A program made the translations under genes and the position numbers. From positions 85,483 to 149,482 of IMG/VR virus record IMGVR_UViG_3300017989_000062: a stretch of DNA of 64,000 bases; one strand, written 5' to 3'. The notes beneath the pieces are model-generated. The model made no database searches and was not told where the DNA came from. It was given only the letters and a program-made list of their open reading frames with translations. Of the stretch, positions 56,161 through 64,000 are shown one piece after another (positions within the stretch are counted from its first letter, which is position 1; every line of letters starts with the position of its first letter). Source of the stretch: a virus. Taxonomy: Duplodnaviria > Heunggongvirae > Uroviricota > Caudoviricetes.

Positions 56161-58661
56161 TATGCTTCCACCGAAGATAATACTCTACATATAATATTTG
56201 ATTTTGTAAAATACACAAACTCTGGAGCATATTCCAACAATTCTGTTTGTGTAAACTCCTCTAACTTGTAGTTAAAGAATATATTTGAGGTTGGTCTTAT
56301 GAGTCTACAGTGTTTTACACCATCAACATTTTGCACAACATCGATGATTTCAGACCGATAAATATTAACATTCGGGCCAAAACGGCTCTGAAATTCACTA
56401 TACAAGCCATTTTTAACACTATCAACAATCTGCGCTTCTGTTGCATCACTGTTTGGATCTCGTATTATTTCAAGTTCAATAATTAGAGGAATTTGATAGC
56501 TAGGAACAACCCATCCTCTTTGAGTATAGATATATTTCGTTGCTTTGTCAGTAACTGTTAGGATATCATCTGTGTTTGGAGTTGTGAATGTCCATGTCTG
56601 AGCTGTTGAATCTACACATAAAGCAATATCATGATCATGTCCATCCCAATCTCCACCTTCTTTTCCGCTAACAATATATCGATCCCCAACACTTCCAATC
56701 GGAACGGAACAATCTCCAAAGTCAATTACAGGCTGCTTTGTTGGGGTGTTTAAAAGCATATTTGTCATCAATCCTGTTGTGTTACTAAACTTAACATTGA
56801 TAAAATCAGTTAACATTCTATAGTTGACAAAGTCCATTGATTGCATGGTGGCTTGAAGTATTTGGAGTTCGAAAGTTCTCTGGTCAATTGCATCATAGTA
56901 AGATTTTTTAACAACAGGAATGTCATAAATGATTGTACTTGTACCATCAATAACAGTATTGGATAACATAAACTCGTCAAGATCTTGTCGAAAAACTAAT
57001 GATGTTGAGTATTCAGAAATTAATCCACCAGGATTACTCAATCTGAAATAATATGTATTGTTGTTTTCAGGAACGTTAGTGTATGGATTAAATGTATATT
57101 CGAAATAACCACCATTAACTCCCGGAACATTTGTCATTGTATAAGAGGTTTCATTTTCAACAATTGACATGGTGCATGTGCATAAATTAAAATTAGATTC
57201 ATCTGAGTAGTATGATAATCTATATACTGCAGTATTTCCAGATTTGATTACTTCAAGATTATTAACATACAAAGAGTAGGGATTACTAGCAAAACTTTGA
57301 ACTAAAATAGGAACCAGTTCAACTTCAGACATGATATAATGATAATATGCTGCGGAGTTCATTATATCTACTGTCATATCAAACAATGTATAATAATCGG
57401 TTCCATTAATAGATATTACGGTATCTCTTGGAATATATGACGTACCACCAAGAACTTCAAGCAATGCGTTTCTCATTGGGACAAGATCATCACCGTATTC
57501 AAGAGTTGTAAATAATTGAACTTCATTAACTGTAAGGTCAGATCGTTTTAACACAGGGATGGAATTATTAGCAAGAGGTGAATTTTCTATTACAACATTT
57601 GCATTTTCAAAATCACTTTTGGTAACGAGTCTTCCCAACGCTGTTAGGGATGCAATTGCATTCTGTCTTGTTGCTTCTAAGTCCTCTTCATCACTACCGC
57701 CGCTTGCTGGTGATGGATTTGTCAGAGAATAGTTAACTGATTGTGTTAATGGAGGACTACCCTGTTGTGTGTAAATTTTATCTCCTTGAGTAATGGAGCC
57801 AGCGATAACGTTTCCATCTGCTCCCCCTGTTTCAAGAATATCAACAACAATTGTAGAACCTGGAGTTGGTTGTATACCAATAAGACCATTACCAAAGAAT
57901 AACATTACACCTTCATCTGTTCTTCTATAAACATAACCATAATCAGTAGACGACATAAGATAAAGACTGTCAAATGATTCGTATAATCTTCCTGTATCAT
58001 TGGGCGGTGAGCCTGGTTCTTTAATATGAACTTCAATATCAGAAATTTTACCTGCGAATGGAACAGCAATGTCGCTAAACTGATAAATTTGAAGATCAGA
58101 ATCCATTTGAAATTCTTGTGTTGTTGTTTTATATTGTCTAACAGGTAATAGAAAACTAAATTGATTTTCTCCTGTAGTATCAATATCAACAGGAATAGGA
58201 AACACGCTTCCGTCTCGATTAATCTCAACGTATGCAGAAACATTATTTGTTACTGTAATTGTTGTGGTATAAAATGGATGAAAAATAATTTCTCCAGCTT
58301 TAAACTGAAAGTCTTCATCAATAGAAAATGTTACACTTGCATCTGTAAACCCGAAGGGAATTGATACAAGAACATTAGCTGTGGCATACTTAGCTACTGC
58401 CGGACGATATCCAATGAAAGCGGCTAAATTCAAAACAGATTCTTGAAGTTGAGCTTTGGTGAGAAAGAATTCTCTATAAACAGAAGTTTGGTAGAATAGA
58501 AGATTAGACGTAAGAGTTGCAAGGGTGTCTATTACAAAAGAAAGAAAAGATGATTTCGAAAGATCTACATTCTCTAGTTCTAAATAGTCTTTCATAAAAT
58601 CGGAGATTTGCAGTCTTATCTGATCTCTCGATAAATAAATTTGTGTCGAAATATCTGTCAT
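56160..58661 (-). CDS. Large baseplate/tail protein (833 aa), possibly baseplate-J/gp6-like by position
   Basis: Minus-strand ORF downstream, in transcription order, of the gp25-like gene. Assignment is by synteny only. Confidence 0.35.
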   Translation of the reverse strand: MTDISTQIYLSRDQIRLQISDFMKDYLELENVDLSKSSFLSFVIDTLATLTSNLLFYQTSVYREFFLTKAQLQESVLNLAAFIGYRPAVAKYATANVLVSIPFGFTDASVTFSIDEDFQFKAGEIIFHPFYTTTITVTNNVSAYVEINRDGSVFPIPVDIDTTGENQFSFLLPVRQYKTTTQEFQMDSDLQIYQFSDIAVPFAGKISDIEVHIKEPGSPPNDTGRLYESFDSLYLMSSTDYGYVYRRTDEGVMLFFGNGLIGIQPTPGSTIVVDILETGGADGNVIAGSITQGDKIYTQQGSPPLTQSVNYSLTNPSPASGGSDEEDLEATRQNAIASLTALGRLVTKSDFENANVVIENSPLANNSIPVLKRSDLTVNEVQLFTTLEYGDDLVPMRNALLEVLGGTSYIPRDTVISINGTDYYTLFDMTVDIMNSAAYYHYIMSEVELVPILVQSFASNPYSLYVNNLEVIKSGNTAVYRLSYYSDESNFNLCTCTMSIVENETSYTMTNVPGVNGGYFEYTFNPYTNVPENNNTYYFRLSNPGGLISEYSTSLVFRQDLDEFMLSNTVIDGTSTIIYDIPVVKKSYYDAIDQRTFELQILQATMQSMDFVNYRMLTDFINVKFSNTTGLMTNMLLNTPTKQPVIDFGDCSVPIGSVGDRYIVSGKEGGDWDGHDHDIALCVDSTAQTWTFTTPNTDDILTVTDKATKYIYTQRGWVVPSYQIPLIIELEIIRDPNSDATEAQIVDSVKNGLYSEFQSRFGPNVNIYRSEIIDVVQNVDGVKHCRLIRPTSNIFFNYKLEEFTQTELLEYAPEFVYFTKSNIICRVLSSVEA

Positions 58662-58670
58662 ATCAATCCT

Positions 58671-59360
58671 CTAAACTTGGTAAAATCCTGAGTTTGGATC
58701 CCACAATGATGTTAGTCTTTTCTTCAAGGTTTCATTTTTTGCCAGTAATTTAGCAAGAGCTAACCCATCATCTAATGTATGAACTTTCTTATCATAGTCA
58801 AAAAATACATAAGTGTTCACAACATGAGGTTCAACCTCTTCTAATGCATAACTATGATATGGTCGAATTGTCAACTTCCAAAATCTTTTATCAGTATTTG
58901 GATGAATTTCTCTTCCTTCAACAACAAATAGAGGGTATTTGTTATTAGTTGGTCTCATATAAGCTTGTTCTAATTTTACAATGTCTCCAGCATAAGGTGT
59001 GATGCCATATGAACTTGGGATTACGAAAGTTGAAACTTGTTCTTTATTAAGTCCAGTTTCTTGAGCATCAAAACCAGTTGTTATTTCATCAAAGAAGTAG
59101 CAAGGAAGAAGAAGATACTTGTCCATTCTCACACCTGATAAGTCACCAGTCCATTCGTAAGGACCTCCCATCATCTCTTCATCATCCCAGATAGTATCAT
59201 CTCTGTTAATGTTATAGTAGTTAACAAGAAACGCCACACCAGTTTTGGAATAGTAATCATAAACAAGTCTCTGATAATCGTGAATATAACTATAGAGCCT
59301 TTCCCAGTTTTGCATGACTATCCATCCCCTAATATATTTATGAACATAACACCAGTCCAA
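58671..59360 (-). CDS. Hypothetical structural protein
   Basis: ORF. Confidence 0.4.
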   Translation of the reverse strand: MDWCYVHKYIRGWIVMQNWERLYSYIHDYQRLVYDYYSKTGVAFLVNYYNINRDDTIWDDEEMMGGPYEWTGDLSGVRMDKYLLLPCYFFDEITTGFDAQETGLNKEQVSTFVIPSSYGITPYAGDIVKLEQAYMRPTNNKYPLFVVEGREIHPNTDKRFWKLTIRPYHSYALEEVEPHVVNTYVFFDYDKKVHTLDDGLALAKLLAKNETLKKRLTSLWDPNSGFYQV

Positions 59361-59370
59361 GACGCGCTGC

Positions 59371-59943
59371 TTAGTCTTGAGCAGCCATTTTACGTGCTTT
59401 CATTCTAGCTTTCAATACTGCTTCTCGTAATTTTGCCTCTGCTTTAACAAGCTTGTGACGTTGTGCCGACATGAGTTTATAGAGTTTCTTCTCACAATTT
59501 TTATGGTGTTTTGGATTTGGTAATTTCTTACATTTATGAAACTCTCTTGTTACTATACGCAATGATTCAGAAACAGCACGATACCTACAATGAGCATAAG
59601 CTAGATTTTTATCTGGTGCATTTGAAGCTTCAACTCGTTGGATACATTTATATCTAGCTGAATCCACCATATAGTTAATTACTAAAGCCAATCCTGGTAT
59701 TGGATATTTAATAGTAGCTGCTGTTAGACCAATCTTAAGAATTAGTTCAATTTTAGGATTGGATTTAACTGGTGGTGGGAGCTCTGCCTCTTTGAGAGTT
59801 GCGCATAGCCTTTTTAGTTGAGGTTCTGGCATCTTAGAGATACCGTGATATAGATTCAAATGTTCTTCAAATGATAATTCTTTTCTTATAGTAGGACTGT
59901 TCGAGATGACGTTTAATAGGTTTTCTCTATTAAGTTTTGTCAT
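59371..59943 (-). CDS. Cys/His- and Lys-rich protein, paralogue of the next gene
   Basis: Shares 'LSFEE', 'LK[IY]GL' and 'CEKKL.K......KL.K..AK' blocks with 59952..60563. Confidence 0.4.
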   Translation of the reverse strand: MTKLNRENLLNVISNSPTIRKELSFEEHLNLYHGISKMPEPQLKRLCATLKEAELPPPVKSNPKIELILKIGLTAATIKYPIPGLALVINYMVDSARYKCIQRVEASNAPDKNLAYAHCRYRAVSESLRIVTREFHKCKKLPNPKHHKNCEKKLYKLMSAQRHKLVKAEAKLREAVLKARMKARKMAAQD

Positions 59944-59951
59944 TTTAAATC

Positions 59952-60563
59952 CTACCCTTTTACTCTATTCATATCTGGACGTTTTGAAGAGGTTAAAGCT
60001 GCTTTTGCTTTTTGTAATTTAACTAATTGTTTCTCTAATTTCTTTGACCATTTGATTAACACTTTGTTTAGTTTTTTCTCACAAGCGATTGGTCTTTTTG
60101 AACCTGAACAACGACTTATTTGTGATTTAATATCATTGACAACACTCTGTGCTGCTCGAACTTGGCATTCATATTTACAAACTTTTCTTTCAAGTGGCTT
60201 ACCAAACTTTCTTAAACATACCTGATAACATGGGTCTGTGGCCTTTCGAAAGAAATAATATGTGACCATAGTAATTGTAGGACCGCCTTTTCCCATAAAC
60301 ATTCCGCCAGCGATCGCGGCTAAACCATATTTAAGAAACTTCTTAAATTTAGATTCGAAGTCACGAACACCTACTTCTGAAAGAGGTTGGCAGTTATAAA
60401 AAATTGCAGATATAGATTGTTCATAGGACATATCCCTAACCCACTCAGCCATTTTGACTTGCTCTTTAAAAGATAGAGATTCATGGATATGTTTACTTTG
60501 AACAACGAGATCTAGCAGAGCTCTTTTACAACTCCATTCAATTAATTTTTTATTAGAACCCAT
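59952..60563 (-). CDS. Cys-rich protein, paralogue of the previous gene
   Basis: See above; these are tandem paralogues. Confidence 0.4.
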   Translation of the reverse strand: MGSNKKLIEWSCKRALLDLVVQSKHIHESLSFKEQVKMAEWVRDMSYEQSISAIFYNCQPLSEVGVRDFESKFKKFLKYGLAAIAGGMFMGKGGPTITMVTYYFFRKATDPCYQVCLRKFGKPLERKVCKYECQVRAAQSVVNDIKSQISRCSGSKRPIACEKKLNKVLIKWSKKLEKQLVKLQKAKAALTSSKRPDMNRVKG

Positions 60564-60573
60564 AAGGTTACTC

Positions 60574-61080
60574 CTACTTTAAAACTTTTCTAGCAAGTGC
60601 AACTCTTTGTCGCATTTTACCGGCTTGAAATGTATCAGAGACAAAATCTTCTACTTTGATATCACCTGTCAATTTAAAAACTTGTTCACGAGCTTGACGA
60701 CTTACCTGTTGATCATACTCCAAAACAAAATCTGCCATGTATTTAGATTTCGGTATTTTAACTTCAAAATTGCCTATGTCTAGCTTTTTTGCTTTACAAG
60801 CAGCCGATTCAATTACTACAAATGGATGATCAGGGTTTCGTGCAGTGTATTCTTCTTGTGTATCAAAAAAGTTTTGCATTTTTTGAAGAGGACCCTTCTG
60901 TACCACAATCGCCCAGAATGCTTTTTCAAGATCCTCTCGAAGTTCTCCAGCTAAAACAAATACATAAAATTGTTGATTATCAACTGGAGTTACAAGCACA
61001 ATTAACATGGATTCAAAAGTTCTCTTTTTTGAGAAGAAGGCTTTTTTATAATGTTTGACAGCACAAAGATGAGCTTCCAT
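60574..61080 (-). CDS. Hypothetical protein
   Basis: ORF. Confidence 0.4.
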   Translation of the reverse strand: MEAHLCAVKHYKKAFFSKKRTFESMLIVLVTPVDNQQFYVFVLAGELREDLEKAFWAIVVQKGPLQKMQNFFDTQEEYTARNPDHPFVVIESAACKAKKLDIGNFEVKIPKSKYMADFVLEYDQQVSRQAREQVFKLTGDIKVEDFVSDTFQAGKMRQRVALARKVLK

Positions 61081-61090
61081 ATTTAAACTC

Positions 61091-61516
61091 CTATTCTAAT
61101 AAACTCAAACTATTTGGATCTATTGTAGCACTTAGTTCTCCAATGTTCCCATCATATCGACATTGAATATCAACAACAAATCCTTTTCGGTTTGGTAAAA
61201 ATGAAACGTCCACGCTCACAATAGTAGCTCTATCATCAAACAAAGGAAGTCGAAAATAAATTTCTTCCTTTATTGTATCAAGAGTGTTCTTATCAGCTGG
61301 ATCAAAAACGTATTTATATAAGTCACTGCCATAGTTTGGATCAAAGCTTGCTGATCGAAGTGGGGTTAGTAAAATATTTCGCCAGGAATTCAAGATAACA
61401 TTTAGGTCAGCAATTCTTTTAAAATCCCCAGTTGCAGCAATTGATGACGTATAATCCGCAATGCGTCCCTGCGATCCAACAATATGCTTTTGAAATTTTT
61501 CTAAAATCCCTGACAT
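61091..61516 (-). CDS. Baseplate wedge protein, gp25/GpW-like (lysozyme-like fold)
   Basis: 'RNILLTPLRSASFDPNYGSDLYKYVFDP' matches the GpW/gp25 block 'iLtT..GER.m.PdFGs.L..l.FeP'. Confidence 0.5.
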   Translation of the reverse strand: MSGILEKFQKHIVGSQGRIADYTSSIAATGDFKRIADLNVILNSWRNILLTPLRSASFDPNYGSDLYKYVFDPADKNTLDTIKEEIYFRLPLFDDRATIVSVDVSFLPNRKGFVVDIQCRYDGNIGELSATIDPNSLSLLE

Positions 61517-61526
61517 ATATTACCTC

Positions 61527-61757
61527 TTACTTATTTGCTTCCTCTTCCATCATTTTTTGTTTTTCTTCTTCCAAGTTAGATTTCCATTTAATGTAAGCAT
61601 AGAACTTATAAATGGGCATCATCATAACTTGTTGATAAGATTGTTTACTCATCTCCATACAAGTGAAAATGTTTTGATCGAGATTATTACGAAATTTATC
61701 TATAAGATCATACGCTGTAGAGTACTCGAAAAAAGGCAGACACCAAATCGATGTCAA
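61527..61757 (-). CDS. Hypothetical small protein
   Basis: ORF. Overlaps the end of the next gene by 50 nt, so its start is uncertain. Confidence 0.3.
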   Translation of the reverse strand: MTSIWCLPFFEYSTAYDLIDKFRNNLDQNIFTCMEMSKQSYQQVMMMPIYKFYAYIKWKSNLEEEKQKMMEEEANK

Positions 61758-62538
61758 TCACCTCCTCCGCCCCACAGTGTGTACAGGAACTGCGCATTTT
61801 TAACTCGATTCCATATTGTCCAAAAGATTCTCTATACTGTTTATATATAGCTCGTTTGTCCATAGCTGGAAGAGTTAAATAGGCATCTAGAATATCAGCT
61901 CTATCATCATAGATTGTAGGTTCAACTTTTTTCTCAATATCTTGTTCGAATTTAGAAACAATTAAAGTTTCTGTTACAACTTCTGGAGTTGCATTTGGTC
62001 TATGTCCAAGAGTTTTCATTGCGTTTGCTTCATCAGCCAGAGTTGGTTGTTTAACAAATGCAGTAACCCCTTGGGATCTTGGAAGTTCTACTTTTTCTGT
62101 TTGTGATAATATTGTTTTGCCGGGAAAATGCTTGAAAGTAAATGTATCAGAAGCTTGCACGGTGACAGCATAATCCTTTCGGCATGAAGAACACGTAACA
62201 TCATAATCTCGTATTTCTCCATACGAAATATGATAGAGACCATATAAAAGAGCATCTCGATCTTTTAATGTAACCCCTTGCATGAAAGCATCATAATCTT
62301 TAATTGCAGTGGGTTTTTTAACAATCGCTTCAAATATACATTTATTAAGATGATCAGTAACCTTTTGAGGCGTCATTAAACTTCCCTTCAAACGTTCTTC
62401 TTCTTGGACATTTAATGACCGCACTGTAAACGATTGCTTTGTTTGTGGTGTAATAACTTCATACTCTGGATATGTTAGATTAAAACCTTGAAATGACATG
62501 ATAAAACTCCTTTCTTTCTTGTCTAGTCTGTTATTCAC
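61708..62538 (-). CDS. Hypothetical baseplate-module protein
   Basis: ORF. Confidence 0.4.
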   Translation of the reverse strand: MNNRLDKKERSFIMSFQGFNLTYPEYEVITPQTKQSFTVRSLNVQEEERLKGSLMTPQKVTDHLNKCIFEAIVKKPTAIKDYDAFMQGVTLKDRDALLYGLYHISYGEIRDYDVTCSSCRKDYAVTVQASDTFTFKHFPGKTILSQTEKVELPRSQGVTAFVKQPTLADEANAMKTLGHRPNATPEVVTETLIVSKFEQDIEKKVEPTIYDDRADILDAYLTLPAMDKRAIYKQYRESFGQYGIELKMRSSCTHCGAEEVIDIDLVSAFFRVLYSV

Positions 62539-62539
62539 A

Positions 62540-62587
62540 AAAAGACCCGCTCAAACAAAATGTCTAAGCGGGTCTTTTTAGATTTAA
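62540..62587. terminator. Bidirectional intrinsic terminator
   Basis: A5 tract, then a 9-bp stem AGACCCGCT/AGCGGGTCT, then a T5 tract. Confidence 0.65.
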
Positions 62588-63715
62588 TTAGCCTCTTAAT
62601 TTATTTTGAAGCTTAGCAACTCTTGCTTGAATTCCAGCCTTACATTTTGCTGGATCTTTGGACTTCGCACATGCTGCTGCTCCCTTCTGGGTTGCTGCGA
62701 TTTGTGCTTTAACAGCTACTTGTCTAGCCTTGGCCATACAACCTGCTTTATCAGCAGCGCCCTTACAGGATTGTGCCGCCTTACTAAAGTAGTTTTTATA
62801 AACCTTTGTTCCGGCGTAGATAGCTGTAGCTAATGCTGCTGTAGCAGCCATTGCCTTTGCTCCAGGAACCTTTGATAGACTTTTGACTGCACCACCAACA
62901 GATTTGCCAGCTTTACCCATTTGTTGGCCAGCTTTACCCATGTCAGCTTTTGCACCACGTAGATGAGCACCAGCAGCCTTTTTCATTCCTCTTGCTTTTA
63001 CTTGAGCATCAAAAGCTGCATTCTTCCCTTTCTCAACACCAGCGGCAACAGCTTTCTTTCCAGATGCTACTGCGCCTCTAGCTGCGGATGAAACTTTAGC
63101 ACCTTTGTGGGCTGCTTGTTTCTTGAGAGCTCTACCCTTAAACTGGGCGTCAAACTTAGCTGCAGATGCCTTATCAGCAACTTTACCAGCAGCTTTCTTT
63201 GCACCTTCAACACCCTTCTTAGCGGCGCCAACTACAGCTTTCTTTGCTTTACCAGCTTTATAAGCAGCTCTCTTTTTCAAGGCTCTTGCTTTAAACTGAG
63301 CATCAAACGCCATGTCCTTGGGACTCTTTTCTTCTAGATATCCAGACTGAGTCAGAAACTCAAGAACTGGAACAGCAGAAGACAGACCATCACCAGAAAT
63401 AGGACCGACTTCATAAAGCAAGTTCATTGTAAGTTTTTTACCAAGCCATTCAGAGATCTCGGCATAGTTTTCAACAACCGTTTCTCTGAATCTAGCAAAA
63501 ACTTCTGCCTCTGCAATGTCATTATATTTTTCTTCAGGTACTTCACCATCCATAACCATTGAGATTACTTGATAGTCGGTAGCCTCGTTAATAACAAAAT
63601 TACAAAGAGCTGTTTTTGCATCCTTGTCCATGTTTTCATTTAGTCTAATAACCTCTCGTAGAGCTATACGTGCTGAACCAAGAAATAGCAACGAGTCAGA
63701 AACATTATGTTCCAT
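62588..63715 (-). CDS. Lys/Ala-rich protein with three about 27-aa tandem repeats (FDAQFKARALKK...)
   Basis: Repeats 'AAFDAQFKARALKKRAAYKAGKAKKA', 'AKFDAQFKGRALKKQAAHKGAKVSSA' and 'AAFDAQVKARGMKKAAGAHLRGAKA'. Confidence 0.45.
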   Translation of the reverse strand: MEHNVSDSLLFLGSARIALREVIRLNENMDKDAKTALCNFVINEATDYQVISMVMDGEVPEEKYNDIAEAEVFARFRETVVENYAEISEWLGKKLTMNLLYEVGPISGDGLSSAVPVLEFLTQSGYLEEKSPKDMAFDAQFKARALKKRAAYKAGKAKKAVVGAAKKGVEGAKKAAGKVADKASAAKFDAQFKGRALKKQAAHKGAKVSSAARGAVASGKKAVAAGVEKGKNAAFDAQVKARGMKKAAGAHLRGAKADMGKAGQQMGKAGKSVGGAVKSLSKVPGAKAMAATAALATAIYAGTKVYKNYFSKAAQSCKGAADKAGCMAKARQVAVKAQIAATQKGAAACAKSKDPAKCKAGIQARVAKLQNKLRG

Positions 63716-63748
63716 TATTATATCCTCCTGTATTTTTTCTTAATTTTA

Positions 63749-64000
63749 TTATGGCGTTGGTTGATATGAATTCACGTGGTTCTTTGCTGTCATGTAAATG
63801 CCTTCAGAGAAGCTCTTGCATTTATCATAGACCCATTTCTCATGCCAAGCATAATCGACATTAAATTCAATCTCGATATCTAGTCGACCCACTGTTTCAA
63901 CATCACTTGTAAACAAATCTTGTGGATCTTTGGATGGGAACATTCCGTCATAACACGCATAGTATTCAATAGTCTGTGCATCCGGTGCTGTAGTCCAGTA
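63749..64000 (-). CDS. Minus-strand ORF running off the window edge (3'-partial in window terms)
   Basis: The ORF 63749..63943 may extend upstream beyond position 64000. Confidence 0.25.
   Translation of the reverse strand, partial: YWTTAPDAQTIEYYACYDGMFPSKDPQDLFTSDVETVGRLDIEIEFNVDYAWHEKWVYDKCKSFSEGIYMTAKNHVNSYQPTP

Noticed and set aside
1-64000. CRISPR arrays, integrase or attachment sites, transposases
   Set aside because: I found no direct-repeat and spacer periodicity, no tyrosine or serine recombinase motifs and no IS-type inverted repeats on reading through. The tRNA-like element has no adjacent integrase.

Overview
This window is a contiguous piece of a large virulent phage (myovirus-like) genome, about 37% GC, and I find no sign of a lysogeny module. 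Plus-strand genes from about 1 to 55,000 encode five functional groups. (1) A T4-like replication and recombination set: topoisomerase II large and small subunits, an SF2 helicase, and Mre11/SbcD and Rad50/SbcC homologues. (2) A transcription set: multisubunit RNA polymerase beta-prime-like and beta-like subunits, each as a single unsplit ORF. (3) Nucleotide and cofactor metabolism: GTP cyclohydrolase FolE2, QueD/PTPS, phosphopantetheine adenylyltransferase and an HD-domain alarmone-hydrolase-like protein. (4) Three free-standing homing-type HNH endonucleases. (5) A packaging and structural block: terminase large subunit, a 1564-aa tape-measure-like protein and, on the minus strand from 55,000 to 64,000, baseplate genes including a gp25/GpW-like protein. 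The annotated genes do not explain four things. (a) A compact operon (18.5 to 22.8 kb) encodes a eukaryote-like ubiquitin-type cascade: a JAB/MPN+ metalloprotease, two ThiF/E1-like proteins, a protein with a SAP/Rho-N-like domain fused to a ThiS/MoaD-like beta-grasp domain, and a UBC-like E2 carrying an HPN...G.LCL active-site signature. (b) Five otherwise unrelated small acidic proteins share a nearly invariant 16-aa N-terminal peptide (MKYK[ASV]SEVTNSSS[TS]SF). It is conserved at the protein level but not at synonymous nucleotide positions. Two of the five lie directly downstream of a radical-SAM/SPASM-type enzyme. (c) A 490-nt non-coding hub at 36.0 to 36.5 kb contains tRNA-like halves in permuted order: T-arm, acceptor and CCA lie upstream of the matching 5' acceptor strand and D-arm. 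The hub also holds two perfect GC hairpins and a (CTTATA)x3 microsatellite. (d) A GC-rich island (41.2 to 44.2 kb, roughly 50% GC) carries an SPFH/band-7 protein and is bounded by strong terminators. Other notable points are a phage-encoded type-IV-pilin-like protein, a recurrent TAATATATA motif upstream of late genes, and a second GC-rich structured non-coding patch near 40.0 to 40.2 kb. All calls come from reading motifs in the provided translations and sequence, and no database search was possible.
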